63,979 bases of DNA, filler included, from Trichomonas gallinae (GCA_008369845.1; 8 parts of 8 records of this genome joined end to end with filler, not necessarily neighbours in it); one strand, 5' to 3'. Positions 1 through 12,388 are shown, counted from the whole stretch's first letter. Translations and numbers: made by a program. Notes: generated from the letters alone by a model not told the origin.

Positions 1-208
1 GAACAGCGGCGATAACCATGACCGAGGCCGAAAAAGTGAGCTTTTTTATAACGTACAAACCTCCGGGGGACATTTAAATTCACATTTTCAAATTTGAAAA
101 TATAAGAATATTGGATTGATTCTATGATAAATCAATGAATAATGATATGTAGAATATATAACCGATATAAACACTTTATAATAACAAATAAAAAGGATTA
201 ATAATATT

Positions 209-1414
209 TCAACGTTTTGGGCTTCGTTTTATAGCATCAGGAAGCGCAGGAAGTGATAGTTTCATTGGATTTTCTATACTATCATTGATTTGAGATCTCG
301 TATTCGCTTGTGTTGCTTTAATAAATTCGAGTTGGTAAGATTTGCGTTGATTCCACAATCTTTCGCGATCTGATGCCATGCTTCTATAAATTTGCAAAAC
401 CTTTTCGTGATTGTGAAAAGTATTTCTATTTTTCTCAACAACACCGTTAAATACATATTTTCTATCGTTATTTGCACTAATCAACACATCTAATTCATGT
501 TTCTGCTTAGCCAATAAACGATCTCTAGATTCTATATATGCTTTATAATGTCTCGAGTGCGATTGCGATAACTCTTGCTGGTAAAGTGCATCAGCATCTC
601 TCCTCATTTGATCTGCCTCGTCAAATTTCTTCGCTCTTATATAGCGAACTTGTTGATCTCTCATTGCTCTTAATCTAGGAGATATTTTATTGAATTCGCG
701 TAATTTTACATCAGAATTCCACATCTCTTGGTGTTGTCTAAGCTCTTCTTCGTGTTTCTTCTTCAAATTCTCCAAAGATTGTTCAACTCGATTTTCCAGT
801 TTGTCTTTTTCGTATTCTTTCGAGTGATCGAATATCGTCATATCTGTAATAATGTGTTGCGCCCTTAAATCTACACAACTCATTTCATGATTTTGAATAA
901 CGTCTTTCATTGAATCGAGTAAAATCTGTTTTCCGCGCATAATTGCCTCCTCTACATTCTGCGCTTGGTGAAAATCCTTGTTTTTGTAAAGAGAATTTCG
1001 TTTTTGTTCGAGGGATTGAAGACTTAATTGTAAAATTTCGGGATTTCGCGTTTCTAGAGGCGAACCAATTAAAATTTGAGTTGCTACTGTTGTTGCTAAA
1101 TCTGAATTATCGTGAATAAAGAAATCTATTTCGGGATCGTCCTGAAATTCAGGAATTGAAGGCAAATTCTGCTTTTTGTGAGGCTTTCTTCTCGGGGAAC
1201 GCGGACTAGACATGATACTTGATGGTGAGCCGTGGGGAGTTTGGACTTTCTTCGTCATTTTATCACGGCCGGATCCAAAATATATCTCAGAGTTCGAATT
1301 CGACTTCGGGCTTTGGTAAATAATCTCGAAAGAGTCATTTATATTCACCCGTGGAGTAAAATCATTGTCTCCAATTGGTGAAAATAGTTTTAGATCATTA
1401 TTAGGTGATTTCAT
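209..1414 (-). CDS. Hypothetical coiled-coil protein
   Basis: Long ORF. The likely start is the ATG at 1414 (MKSPNND), preceded by Inr-like TCACA. Ser/Pro-rich N-terminus and charged helical C-terminal half; no recognised domain. Confidence 0.75.
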   Translation of the reverse strand: MKSPNNDLKLFSPIGDNDFTPRVNINDSFEIIYQSPKSNSNSEIYFGSGRDKMTKKVQTPHGSPSSIMSSPRSPRRKPHKKQNLPSIPEFQDDPEIDFFIHDNSDLATTVATQILIGSPLETRNPEILQLSLQSLEQKRNSLYKNKDFHQAQNVEEAIMRGKQILLDSMKDVIQNHEMSCVDLRAQHIITDMTIFDHSKEYEKDKLENRVEQSLENLKKKHEEELRQHQEMWNSDVKLREFNKISPRLRAMRDQQVRYIRAKKFDEADQMRRDADALYQQELSQSHSRHYKAYIESRDRLLAKQKHELDVLISANNDRKYVFNGVVEKNRNTFHNHEKVLQIYRSMASDRERLWNQRKSYQLEFIKATQANTRSQINDSIENPMKLSLPALPDAIKRSPKR

Positions 1415-3770
1415 TATTTTTTTGTGATTTCTAACGAAAAATTTTTGAACTTTACAATTTTTCAAATTTTCTTCATATTTATGCATTTTATTGCATTATC
1501 AATAATATTCCATCAAAATTTTCAATTTTTTCCTCATTACATTGATGTATGAAAAAAATCCATCATTTCTCATTATTCTATAGTCATTTTCTTTCATAAT
1601 TTTAATTTATTATACATAATAATATGTGGATTTATATATAAAAATATAACTAAAAAATATTGGCTTGATATGATGTTTTTAAAACATTTTGGTGATATAA
1701 TTTAAACAACAATTCCTTATTTTTAATTTTGTTTGTAGAGCGAATATTATCAAATGATGTGAAGCTGCCATATAATATATAAACACATTAGGTGATATAG
1801 AAGCAAAAGCTATGATAGTGATAGATTTTAATCACTTACATTTGGAGAAAAACTGCAAAGATTCCTTGCGTGAAGAACTTATCAAGAAATTCTAAAAATA
1901 AGCAGAAACTGCATTAATCAACTCATAATACTACATAATATATAATTTCATCGACAAAAGGAAGAAATTTGATGATTATCATTGAATATGAAGAATATTT
2001 TAAAATAAGAATCGATATCAAGGCAGCTATTTATGCCAATAGATATCGATATTGATGCATATTGTGTATACATGTTATCAGCCTTCAACTCAGTTGTACC
2101 AATACCTTAATAAAATGCCGAGTTGACTCAAGATGATTAGCCTGATAATATGCTCAAATAAACTATTACATATGTATGGAATGATTCATATCGGTATCGC
2201 TCTTATATTATAAAAATATCAAATATATGAGAGAAAACATGGCACTTGGTACTGATGAACCATCAAGTGATAATTAACATACTTTTATAGTTGGGAAGTA
2301 ACTGTGGTAAAATAATATCATGATCGTGTGACGGATAATACCCTTGTATTTTCCACATTATTCCGATATAAGTTCGCACATTCGGATGATATAGTTCTCA
2401 TCTATATTAGGCAAATTCCACGAAATTTGGTGAGTCTGCTTGCACCTCAATTATTCTTCGACAATTTCCAGATTATTTGCATGTTTGGATATAGTATATT
2501 AATATAAAGGTACTGTATTGTATAAATCAAATGATAATAATGCTCAAATAATCATCGAAAAAGATTTTTTTCAATCAGATAATAATTGTTAACGCTAATG
2601 CATATAATAGATGGTATATTTATCATTACCTAGAGCTATATATGCATATATATTCTTCCAAAAACCATATTGGTTAATGATATCCAAATAGAATTGATAA
2701 ATTATAGATAATTGAAACTAATTATTTATTGGAATTCAATATATAGTAGATGTGGAATACGGATATATGTTAGTTCGTGGATAATTTTTGATTGCATGCG
2801 TTTTTGGAATTAAATATAGAATAAATTCTAGTACTGATATTTAAAAACAGCATTGTATGATCTATATAGTTTCAACTAATCTTCTAAATACTCTATTATG
2901 ACAAATTGAATTTCTCGGTCTTAAGATATCATAAAACCCTGACTTTAAATTCTGGAAAATGTATACGCAGAGGATAGCTATAGTGAATATTGACTTAATT
3001 TAGAAGTATGGGTAGATTAAAAATTGAAACATTAACAAATTAAGAGATTTTAGGAAACCAAATAAACCCCATGCAGCAAAAACACTTAGGCATATGTACA
3101 TGATGAATACAACCGGTTGATTGCTTTTATTTTTTCTTCCGTCGTTCTCAAATTTTTGTTAGGGATATTAACCATCTGTACTTCGGGTTGAAATTCTTGT
3201 TGAGTTTAGAAAGTGAATCGTAGAATTAATGAACCATAATTTATATGCTTACAATTTCATTTCCTGAATTTTTCAAAGCTTTCTTCAAAATAAATCATAT
3301 CATTGTTTTTATTACTTTTATGATGTAATAAAATAATTTGGGGAAATCGACTTTTCAATTGTTCTCGGCCACATCATATAAAAACACCTCTATAAAGCAT
3401 ACGCATCATTGTTTCAAGGAAATTTTCGAAAAATGAATATTCGCATCTTCAATAACTTTTTGAATATTGTAAAGCAAAAATATATGTATTATATAGCGTA
3501 AGTGTGTTAAAAAAATGCAAAAATTAATTTGATGGGAGGATATCTAATTTTTTTGCAATATGATTTATTTGATGTATTAGTTGCAAATATTAGAATTTAA
3601 AAATATCGACCAACACCCTTATCAAAAAATAACTACATCAAATATAGCTCCAAACACTGTAAATGTTGATATGTGAATGACGGAATAAAAAATCGACCAC
3701 AGCCTTCGTTCAGAAAATTGTTCAATTTCATTCTCAATGTTTTGAGAAGGAGGATCACTCATTTCATTTC

Positions 3771-4505
3771 ATGTCGAAGCACATCAGTAAGTCAACAGAG
3801 AGCATTGATAACATCAAGGCATGCCTCAAAACGTATTCTAGGCTCCTTAGAAGGGACTTTCTCGCTATATTGGTAAAGATGTCGGCAAAGGAATTCGGAA
3901 TTAGAACAGTAAGATGTGATTGGAGAACAAGAAAGGGAATGTTAGCATTCCTTCAATCAGCATGGGAAAAGTTCCATCAACAGTTAAGCGAAAAAACTAT
4001 CTTCAGATGGTACTGTACAAATTTCGAAGCATGTGAAAAGCTATTTTCGAACAGAAAATTCATCATGTTTATCTATATGAACTGGAAGCAATATGAAAAC
4101 TTCCTTTCTAACCCTAACACAATCATTTGCATGAGATCTCACACAAAGGGAATCGAGACCCTTTTGACTACAAATTCATCCAATAAGAATGCAGAGTGGC
4201 TTGAAACAGAGACAGGTAAGGGTATTTTAGAGATGGTTGCCCATTTTAAGAAGGGAGTCAGCTCTAAAGTTATCTCAGATGATGAAGAAGTTATTTCTTC
4301 TCCTGAAGAAAGCACCCAGACAACGGTACAGAGCGAACCAATACAGACAGAGACAGCCGTTCCAGTCTCAAACCCAGATGACGAAATAGATCTTGAGTAC
4401 TCTTTTATCCTCTTCCCGCAGGAATTTAATTTCTTCGAAAGCAAGGATTCTATTTTCTCCCAAACACTTGAGGATGCATTCATAATGGATAATTTCTCAA
4501 TCTAA
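3771..4505 (+). CDS. Hypothetical protein, possible DNA-binding regulator
   Basis: 244-aa ORF with tandem Inr-like TCACT/TCATT immediately upstream. Basic helical N-terminus (RCDWRTRKGMLAFLQSAW) and acidic C-terminus. Stop TAA followed by A. Confidence 0.75.
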   Translation: MSKHISKSTESIDNIKACLKTYSRLLRRDFLAILVKMSAKEFGIRTVRCDWRTRKGMLAFLQSAWEKFHQQLSEKTIFRWYCTNFEACEKLFSNRKFIMFIYMNWKQYENFLSNPNTIICMRSHTKGIETLLTTNSSNKNAEWLETETGKGILEMVAHFKKGVSSKVISDDEEVISSPEESTQTTVQSEPIQTETAVPVSNPDDEIDLEYSFILFPQEFNFFESKDSIFSQTLEDAFIMDNFSI

Positions 4506-5271
4506 AAAATATTATGTTTGTTTTCTATCAAATTTCACTGTTATTTTTCTTCAATGCGTCCTAACAAAGCGTTTACAGCCTAATTTCGAGCTTGGCCGGG
4601 TTGTAAAATTAGGGTGTGATTTTTTAAAACAGGGGATTTTATTTCACATTTCCATTTATACGTTAATGGCAGGTATAGATCTGCTGATCACACGCACTAA
4701 TGGACTACTCTATATATGATTAAGTAAATCGGCTCATTTTTTATGTTATGGTTCATCATATTTTTGAGATTTCTGAACTGTTATAAAAAGTCCGAAATTA
4801 TTATAAAACTGAACCAAACTAGCAGATTTACAGTACAAACTTAGTTGTTCATGTTAAATTATTTAAAATTTTGGCAAAATTTATCAAATAAGTCTGAGAT
4901 TTTACCACTATAAAGGTATCCATGTATATAATCTAATTCTAAAACGATGCGGCGTTTATTTCAACATTTTCGAATTGATCAAATATTGTTGATACATGGC
5001 CGACCCACTAATTAAAATATTAATCAAAATGCGTTATATATCTTAAATTTACTCAAATTAGGATATATTTCGTCGAAACAACTTTATTTGTGGATTTGAG
5101 TTGCAATTTTTCGGTTAATTCGTCGTGATATCTAACATTTTGACTCAGACGTTTATAGTGGTATTAATATTTGGAGAAAACCGTGAGTTGTAGCAAAAAT
5201 ATTTTTAAAAAAATTTGTTTAGGTTTTCAGACAATATATGATTAAAATGTGATGATGTAATAGCAAGCAAA

Positions 5272-5919
5272 TTACCAGATTGCAGAAATATGGCCGAATG
5301 AATCAGCGAGAATTGCACTTGGGAACATATCTGCAATGTAGCCATTAAACAAGTCTCCAATTCTACCTCCAGATATAACGGATGTTGGTACAGAGCCGAT
5401 CGTTGCACTTAAGTTGATTGCAGCATTAAGCATTTGATTTCTTGCCCATGAGAAGAGTGGATTTCCAAATGTTGGAAGCATTGGGTCAATCATCTCAGTA
5501 GCGAGGGCTGCACCAATGTTTGGACCGATTGAATCAACAAAGAGAGCAGAAAACTGAACTGCTGGTTCTTCTTTCTGGTGAGCTCTTCTGATCTTGGAAA
5601 GTGGGTAGTTGATGAGTGCAACTACACCTGCTGCACCAATACCGCCTGCAACATAAGCAGCAACCTTGCATCCATCTTCATCTTCGTAATGGTGCCTGAA
5701 TGTCTCAGAAACATTTGAGAGGATCTTCGTGGCAATTGGATAGGCAACGAATGTTGTGGCTGTTTGGAAGCCGTGGAGTAATGCATCATCAAAATACAAA
5801 GGTGAGTCATCTCCGCGGATGCCGTGGATGACAGATGCTGTGAACATGTCACCTAATGTTGCACTTGCGTAAACCTTAAGCATGTCTTTCATGAAAGACT
5901 TGTTTCCTTCACTGCTCAT
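5272..5919 (-). CDS. Hydrophobic membrane protein with a mitochondrial-carrier-like helix
   Basis: 215 aa with host-like codon usage and TCACTT Inr upstream. YVAGGIGAAGVVALINYPLSKIR resembles an odd-numbered carrier helix. Confidence 0.7.
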   Translation of the reverse strand: MSSEGNKSFMKDMLKVYASATLGDMFTASVIHGIRGDDSPLYFDDALLHGFQTATTFVAYPIATKILSNVSETFRHHYEDEDGCKVAAYVAGGIGAAGVVALINYPLSKIRRAHQKEEPAVQFSALFVDSIGPNIGAALATEMIDPMLPTFGNPLFSWARNQMLNAAINLSATIGSVPTSVISGGRIGDLFNGYIADMFPSAILADSFGHISAIW

Positions 5920-6456
5920 TTCTTATTTGAAAGTGATCGCGCTATCGTTCTAAAATTTGGTCATTTCATTTTTGTCATGTAAATCATTTAAATTGTTCTT
6001 CAAAAAGTGATAATTTACATGACAAAATTTTCATTAGATAGGTGTACTAACACAAATGAGTATACTTTCTTGTATATGAGTCATTTAAACTCTTTATAAA
6101 TATATAACTATTGATTATGCTATTTCTAGTATGTATAACAAGGAGCTATGAATCATATTTCATCTCATTCAACTCTAATTGACGAGATAACTCTTATTAT
6201 ATGAGTTTTAACAATATCATGATGATCATAAATTGAATTTTAAATTATATAATAAGATTTGGTTCATCAAAGTTCTCTGTGGATTAAAATATTATTTTTT
6301 TTCAAAAATGTAATAAAAGCTGCTAAAAATAAATAAATCAACTACATATTAAAGTAATTAAAACAATGATTTTAGTACAATACAAAGAAAAAAATATTGA
6401 TAAAATTTTTTTGATAATAAAGACTTGTATATCAAAAGATTATCGAAGAGGAGTAG

Positions 6457-6966
6457 TTATTTGACGTAATGTTCTATTAAATAGTGGTTAATATAAATTC
6501 CAGCTACAATAATAAAAATTATTTTCAAAATTGTAGCGAATGAAAGTGCATTGAAGAACTCGTCTATCATTCTGCCGAAATACTGAAAAGCGATTTCAGA
6601 TTTTGCAATAACTATTTCTTTATCTTTGCAAATCTGAAATTCTCGGCAAGCATCTTGATATTTGGGATCATTAATATTGTGGTCACAAAAATTAGCTTCG
6701 TAATCTGATTTACATTTTTCTTTTTCATATAATTTTGCTTGATATTCTTCTTGTTCGCGTTTTCTAATTCCAGATCGAACATTTTTAGCAATGTAATAGA
6801 AAACAATAATACCTATTAAAGCATAAATAGCTTTAATAATTGTTGAAACAATTATATTCGTTCTAGCAGCTTTAACAGTCTTCATAACATCCAATCGTAA
6901 GTCTGGATTGTTAATCTGAGCTACTGCAAAATTATGAGGATCATTTCTTCGTTGAACAATCGTCAT
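6457..6966 (-). CDS. Brl1/Brr6-family nuclear envelope protein
   Basis: TM segment, four-Cys luminal motif CKSDYEANFC...P.....C..F..C, then a second TM segment. First ATG at 6966 (the ORF track starts at a TTG). Confidence 0.8.
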   Translation of the reverse strand: MTIVQRRNDPHNFAVAQINNPDLRLDVMKTVKAARTNIIVSTIIKAIYALIGIIVFYYIAKNVRSGIRKREQEEYQAKLYEKEKCKSDYEANFCDHNINDPKYQDACREFQICKDKEIVIAKSEIAFQYFGRMIDEFFNALSFATILKIIFIIVAGIYINHYLIEHYVK

Positions 6967-7301
6967 CAATTTTGCATTATAGTCACTTTTTACCAAAGAT
7001 ACTTGTCACTTTTTAGACAAAAAAATTCAAACTTTATAATTTATTAATAATTAGCCAATTTTGCACATAACTATATTATATACTAATGATAATGGACCTA
7101 CATATTTAATTATTCATATTCTTACACAAATTTGAAATTATTTTTGAATATTGATATGAAAACAACTGTAATAGTTTTGAATATAAATTTTTAGCTTGTA
7201 GGGATTTATTAAGTTTGATTGTTTTTATTCTATTTAGTAAAAAATTTCGAGTTTATTAATGTTTTTTTAAAATATTAAAACATACATGGTACAAAATAGA
7301 A

Positions 7302-7841
7302 TTATTCAGTTTTTGGTTTGATATTGATATCATGCTTAATGAATTTGTAGACAGTGACACTAACAATTGGAATTCCAAGAGCAATAAGACCGATTAATGG
7401 CCAATTAAACTTTGTTTGAACTCTCTCGATAGGCATTGCTGTATAAGTATACCAAATTTTCTTTTGATAACTTTTCACAAATATTTTGATCGATTTAGAT
7501 GGAACAATTGTAGCTGTAACGTTCCAGTTTTTGTCTGTCGAATTAACATTTGAAACAAGAGCATTACCTTCTTGCTTAAAATGAAAATCTGCAAATTTTG
7601 GCTCTTTATTGTATGGAAGAATCAGAATATAATGGTTATCTGATTCTAGCTCTTTAACGTGAATCTTTTTAGGGATGAATTCTTTCCTTTTATTAACAAT
7701 TGTCTGTCCAACAAATTTTCCTTCTTTGTTTTTCAAATTAATTTTAAATGATGTGTCATCAATTCTGTTGCCAGTAACTGTAACATTCCAGCGCCCTTTT
7801 AACTGGAAAGAAAAGACAGAAGCAAAAAGAAGAAAAAGCAT
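7302..7841 (-). CDS. Type I membrane protein of unknown function
   Basis: Signal-like MLFLLFASVFS, beta-rich ectodomain, C-terminal TM (WPLIGLIALGIPIVSVTVY). GTCACTTTTCATT Inr upstream. Confidence 0.75.
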   Translation of the reverse strand: MLFLLFASVFSFQLKGRWNVTVTGNRIDDTSFKINLKNKEGKFVGQTIVNKRKEFIPKKIHVKELESDNHYILILPYNKEPKFADFHFKQEGNALVSNVNSTDKNWNVTATIVPSKSIKIFVKSYQKKIWYTYTAMPIERVQTKFNWPLIGLIALGIPIVSVTVYKFIKHDINIKPKTE

Positions 7842-8609
7842 CGAAAATTAATGAAAAGTGACACAAAAACACATCTTTTTAATTTTTTATATGATCAGAC
7901 CGATTAATAACATGAACACAGTAAAATATAACATAAACATACTCATAAGGATGCTATACTATGATTAAATTATTAATAAACCATGAAAATGCATTTATTA
8001 ATATTAAATTGCAATAGATCATCTAGCTCATTATGTTCAACAGTGAGAAAAAATGATTAACGAACTATTTAATTCGATGAAGCTATTAACACATACCATT
8101 CAAAATGGAAATTCAATAAATAATATCGAAACTAAATTAGACATATCTCAGTAGCATGAATTCATGAGATTACTTTATTGCTCAACAAAGGAAATGAAGT
8201 AACAGAATATTATAGCATTTCACAGCTATTTTCAACAATATCAAATTGCAAGAAAATTCTAATTTTTCAAATAAAATGTAGTTAAAATTAGTATTATTTA
8301 AGTCATTGCTGCTAAAATAATCTATAAAAAATGTAATTTTGAGTCGATTTTAGGTCAAATAAAATCAACAAAGGAAAAGATAATGATAATGAATCCAAAG
8401 TAATCTTTAGCCCAAAGCCGACATATCCAAGTAGTCAGCAACCTTATTTTTGCTAGAAAATGACTTTTTTAATTTGTTATCTTTCGTTTCACTTAATTTC
8501 CAAGCAATATCTGCCTCAAAGCAATCAGGAGGATGAGGAAACAAGTCCGAAATAACAACAAAAAAACAAAAAAAAAGTGAATTTATTTTTTATCAATTTT
8601 TAGAAAAAT

Positions 8610-9593
8610 ATGTCATCAAACCCATTCTCCGTCGGCGTTGATGATTCATACAACCCATTCCAGGCGGGCGGCGGCTACACAGAAGCCCCAGCCGCTAGAG
8701 CCCAGTCATCAAGCACAAACTATGACACAACCACACCTTTGATATCTAATCAGGCTCCAGCCAATAGCTACAAGGATACAACCACCGGATTGAACATTAC
8801 TGAGGATGAATTAGCAAGAAAAGAGGAAGCTTTAAGGCAAAGAGAAGAAAAAATTGCCGCAAGAGAACGCGAAATCGAAATTGCTAAGCAAAATGGAACA
8901 TACGACGCCCTCAATACACACAAGAGAAACTTCCCAATCATTCTTAAGTTATACAGATATTATCCAGAAGATGAACTTCCTGCCGATTCAATTAAAATGG
9001 TCCAATTGCTTAAGGTGTCTCTTTATTTCGCTTTCGCAGTCTGGGCCCTTAACTTCATCGTTTGCTGCTGCGAATTTGCTCCAGGAATTGCTAAAATTGT
9101 TGAATCAATCGCAACACACATCATTTTCGCTGGTCTTTTCGTTTGCTTCGGTCCACTCATCTTCACAGAAATCTGCATGATGCTCCTCTACGATGCCCTT
9201 AAAAATAAGAAGGGTGTCAGATATTTCTTCTCAATTGTTACAACAATCCTTTATATTGCATTCGCAGCTTACATGTCTGTCTTCAAAGGATGGGGATCCA
9301 ACGGTTTTATGATGTCAATCGATCTTTTCAAGACTGAACAGAATAAGTGGGTTGCTATCATTGCAATTATCTACTCAGTTATCGCTTCATTGCACACAGC
9401 TTTCGTCTGCTACATCTTCGTCATCATGATCCACTTCTTCAGAACACATAAGATCTCTGAACTCGCTGCCAGAGAAGCTGCTGGCTACGCCGCCAACTAC
9501 GCTGTCGACCACAAGACAGAACTCATCCAGGCTGCAAAGGATAATCCAGATGTTGCAATCAGTGTTGCCCAAACTGCCGCTACATACACATAA
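8610..9593 (+). CDS. SCAMP: SCAMP (secretory carrier membrane protein)
   Basis: N-terminal NPF motifs, coiled coil (LARKEEALRQREE), NFP motif, four TM helices. Confidence 0.9.
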   Translation: MSSNPFSVGVDDSYNPFQAGGGYTEAPAARAQSSSTNYDTTTPLISNQAPANSYKDTTTGLNITEDELARKEEALRQREEKIAAREREIEIAKQNGTYDALNTHKRNFPIILKLYRYYPEDELPADSIKMVQLLKVSLYFAFAVWALNFIVCCCEFAPGIAKIVESIATHIIFAGLFVCFGPLIFTEICMMLLYDALKNKKGVRYFFSIVTTILYIAFAAYMSVFKGWGSNGFMMSIDLFKTEQNKWVAIIAIIYSVIASLHTAFVCYIFVIMIHFFRTHKISELAAREAAGYAANYAVDHKTELIQAAKDNPDVAISVAQTAATYT

Positions 9594-10294
9594 GTAGCAA
9601 AACAATAAAAACTTTTTATTTCTTTTATCAACAAAACTTGATATTTGTATTAATAAATGAATTTCATATAAAACCAAAATATTTCATATTTTTTTCTAAA
9701 TCCGAATTTACATAGTATATATAATATCTGTATATGCATAATATTTGATTAATTATATAGAGATCTCATAACATTCAACAAGATGCAGATGATTTTTAAT
9801 TAATTCAGTCATTAATCAATTAGTGGAATAAATAAACATAAAATAATTATATATGATTGCATCCAAAGATTTCTGATAATTTAACAGTCAATTGCATATG
9901 ATTGATCGGTTGAATTAGCTTCATTGAACATCTATCCTTTATCTCGCATTGAGTATGTGACAATAGAAATTTCCTCTTTAATTCATCAACCTTATAAACA
10001 TCTCTTATGAATTTTATAATGCTATCAACCAAAATTTATTATATAAATGAACTCACTAATTAAATAGATCCAATTATTTATGCATATCAATAGTCCAATG
10101 TGAATTATGGTATAAATCAATCATACATTGAGATTCAATTCGGAATTCAGTAAAATATTGGATAAAAATGAATTTTGAATGATAAAATGTAATAATTACA
10201 ATATAAAGATGCCAAAAATCAAATAATTTTTGATCAAATTTTGCATACGATTATTTTTACTTCAATTTTTTTTTTGGAAAATTTTGTTTAGTGA

Positions 10295-11431
10295 ATGAAT
10301 TATGCTGAGAGATTTATCGGGTCTCAAGCGTCACCAAAACGTGTATTTTCTGCCGATAGATTGTCTCCGAAGGTCAAATCTCCACTAAATCAAACACCAA
10401 ATCGATTATCAAAATTAAATTCTCCAAAAATTAAATCTCCATCAATCCTCGCAAGTCCAAAGGCTAAGGTTACTGTTAGAAATGACATTCCTGATAGTCC
10501 TTTCGTATCAATAGATGTTCCTGATATTCCAAGCGATTTTTATCAGTTTCCTTTAGATATTTCACCAAAGAACATCATAGCTGTGGTTTCCAACAGAGTT
10601 CCTTACATTTATTCGCTATCAACTAAAAAGCAAGTTCCTTCTTTTTATAAATTACGAAATTGCATGAATGTAAAGTTCTGTAATGACAATAATGACTTAA
10701 TTATTAGCTCTGATGTAGGATTATTGTCAATTGGGGATGTTAGCACTGTTCAATTACAAATGACTATTAAATTAGGAATGTTTTATATAAATTCGATTGA
10801 TCAGTTAGGAAATAACATTGTTACGTCGAATAGTAATGGAACAATATGCAATATTGATAGAAGAGCGTTCGAAAGCATGCATTTTGTTCAATCTTATCAA
10901 TCACCAATAATTACTGCGAAATATAGCCCAGATGGCACTAAAATAGTTACAACATCAGAAAGACCAGGCTTCAAAGTATGGGATACGAGAAATTTCGAAA
11001 AGCCTTACTACGAATTTTTAGAAACAAAATCTCTGATGCGTGCAGTAGATTGGGACTACAAACATCAAAGCCAGATAGCAGTAGGCGGCGGTTTGAGCGA
11101 CAAAATGGTTAGAATCATTGATATTAATAATGGAAATACAATTTCAAGCGCAAATGTTGGATCACAGGTGTGCAACGTGTTTTGGAACTGTGATTATAAT
11201 GAAATATTAGTGACTCATGGCTTTAGCTCATGTTCAGTTTCATTGTGGAAGTCTTCAAACATGAAAAATATAACAACACTCAATATGTTTCATGACAGAG
11301 TCTTATATGGAGCTATATCACACGATAAAAGTAATGTTGTTATTGCAACACCTAAAGATCCTTTAATGGTTTGGAAATTCTTCCCTAAAAGTGAACCAAG
11401 ACTAGATATAGAAAGCAAAACTGTCAGATGA
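10295..11431 (+). CDS. Cdc20/Fizzy/Cdh1-like WD40 APC/C activator
   Basis: C-box-like ERFI, SP/TP CDK-type sites, DFY motif, GGGLSDK, GSQVCNVFW, ILVTHGFS, C-terminal VR (IR-tail-like). Confidence 0.85.
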   Translation: MNYAERFIGSQASPKRVFSADRLSPKVKSPLNQTPNRLSKLNSPKIKSPSILASPKAKVTVRNDIPDSPFVSIDVPDIPSDFYQFPLDISPKNIIAVVSNRVPYIYSLSTKKQVPSFYKLRNCMNVKFCNDNNDLIISSDVGLLSIGDVSTVQLQMTIKLGMFYINSIDQLGNNIVTSNSNGTICNIDRRAFESMHFVQSYQSPIITAKYSPDGTKIVTTSERPGFKVWDTRNFEKPYYEFLETKSLMRAVDWDYKHQSQIAVGGGLSDKMVRIIDINNGNTISSANVGSQVCNVFWNCDYNEILVTHGFSSCSVSLWKSSNMKNITTLNMFHDRVLYGAISHDKSNVVIATPKDPLMVWKFFPKSEPRLDIESKTVR

Positions 11432-12388
11432 ATGATGACATTCAATTCATCCTGTCATTCGCCAAGACATTTCTTTAGTCAAGATGTTTCAGGATTGACT
11501 GTAAAAGGGTCAGACCGAATAGCTGATATTTCATACAGAACAATCAAATAAGTTCAGTTGAAAAAAATTAGACTCAACTTATGCAATGTAAATTGCATCG
11601 TATGATATCATCTAAAGTAAGAAATCTATAGATGATATTGTCCTTTGGCTATTTTATCAAAAAAATGAATGCGATAAATCAGTGTATGCAAATGCGCTTG
11701 CTAGATATTGAAGCGCATTGCTTCTTCATCGCCAAAATATTGCTCTGTTTCAGGACAATCTTCTCATTTTTCAGTTCAAGAAGTTCGCGCATTTATTTAA
11801 TCTTTCTCTTTTCGTGAACCTCAATAAACAACTTCATTCTTTAGTTGTATGCTTTTTGTGTCACATGCTTATTTCACAGCATATGGTAAATACATCGTCA
11901 TTAACAACAAAAAACTCAATTATTTTATTAAAATTACCAGAGTTTGATATAATTCTTTTGACGGCAATTTTGATGCAACAATTTTTGGTGATTTTTGATT
12001 TATGTCAGAAATTATTTGACAAATGTCAGAAATATTTTTTGGTTGAAGAGAAAAAAACTCTTACGTACTCTTGTAAAGGGAAATGGATCAGCTAAAAAGA
12101 GAGATGTGCAAGTAGACACTACCATTTAATGAGTTACCATTCGTCGAAATATAATGAATTTTGAATTTCTATGAATATGTGAAATGCAGCAATTTCCAAG
12201 CTAACTAGGCCAAGATTAATAGTATTCACTTCAGTAAAGTCCTTGGATTTCGAATTTGATCTCCGAAATTTCCCATAAGCGTGGATAATTAAAAAAATTA
12301 TAATAAATTTATCTATTTTTATAACTGTATATATCATTTCTAAAGTCAGTTTAATGATTCAAGACAAAATAAAAAATCGATAGGGCAA

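Noticed and set aside
1..70. GC-richer segment at the window start
   Set aside because: Too short and truncated to distinguish a TE end from a gene end.
1690..3300. Intergenic stretch with faint coding-like texture
   Set aside because: Stops in all frames and no recognisable motif; cannot support a pseudogene call without a search.
6046..6057. ACTAACACAAAT resembling the trichomonad intron branch/3' motif
   Set aside because: Lacks the terminal CAG and has no matching 5' splice site or flanking exons.
11440..12340. Short ORFs and possible decayed minus-strand gene
   Set aside because: AT-rich compositional ORFs with no family signature.
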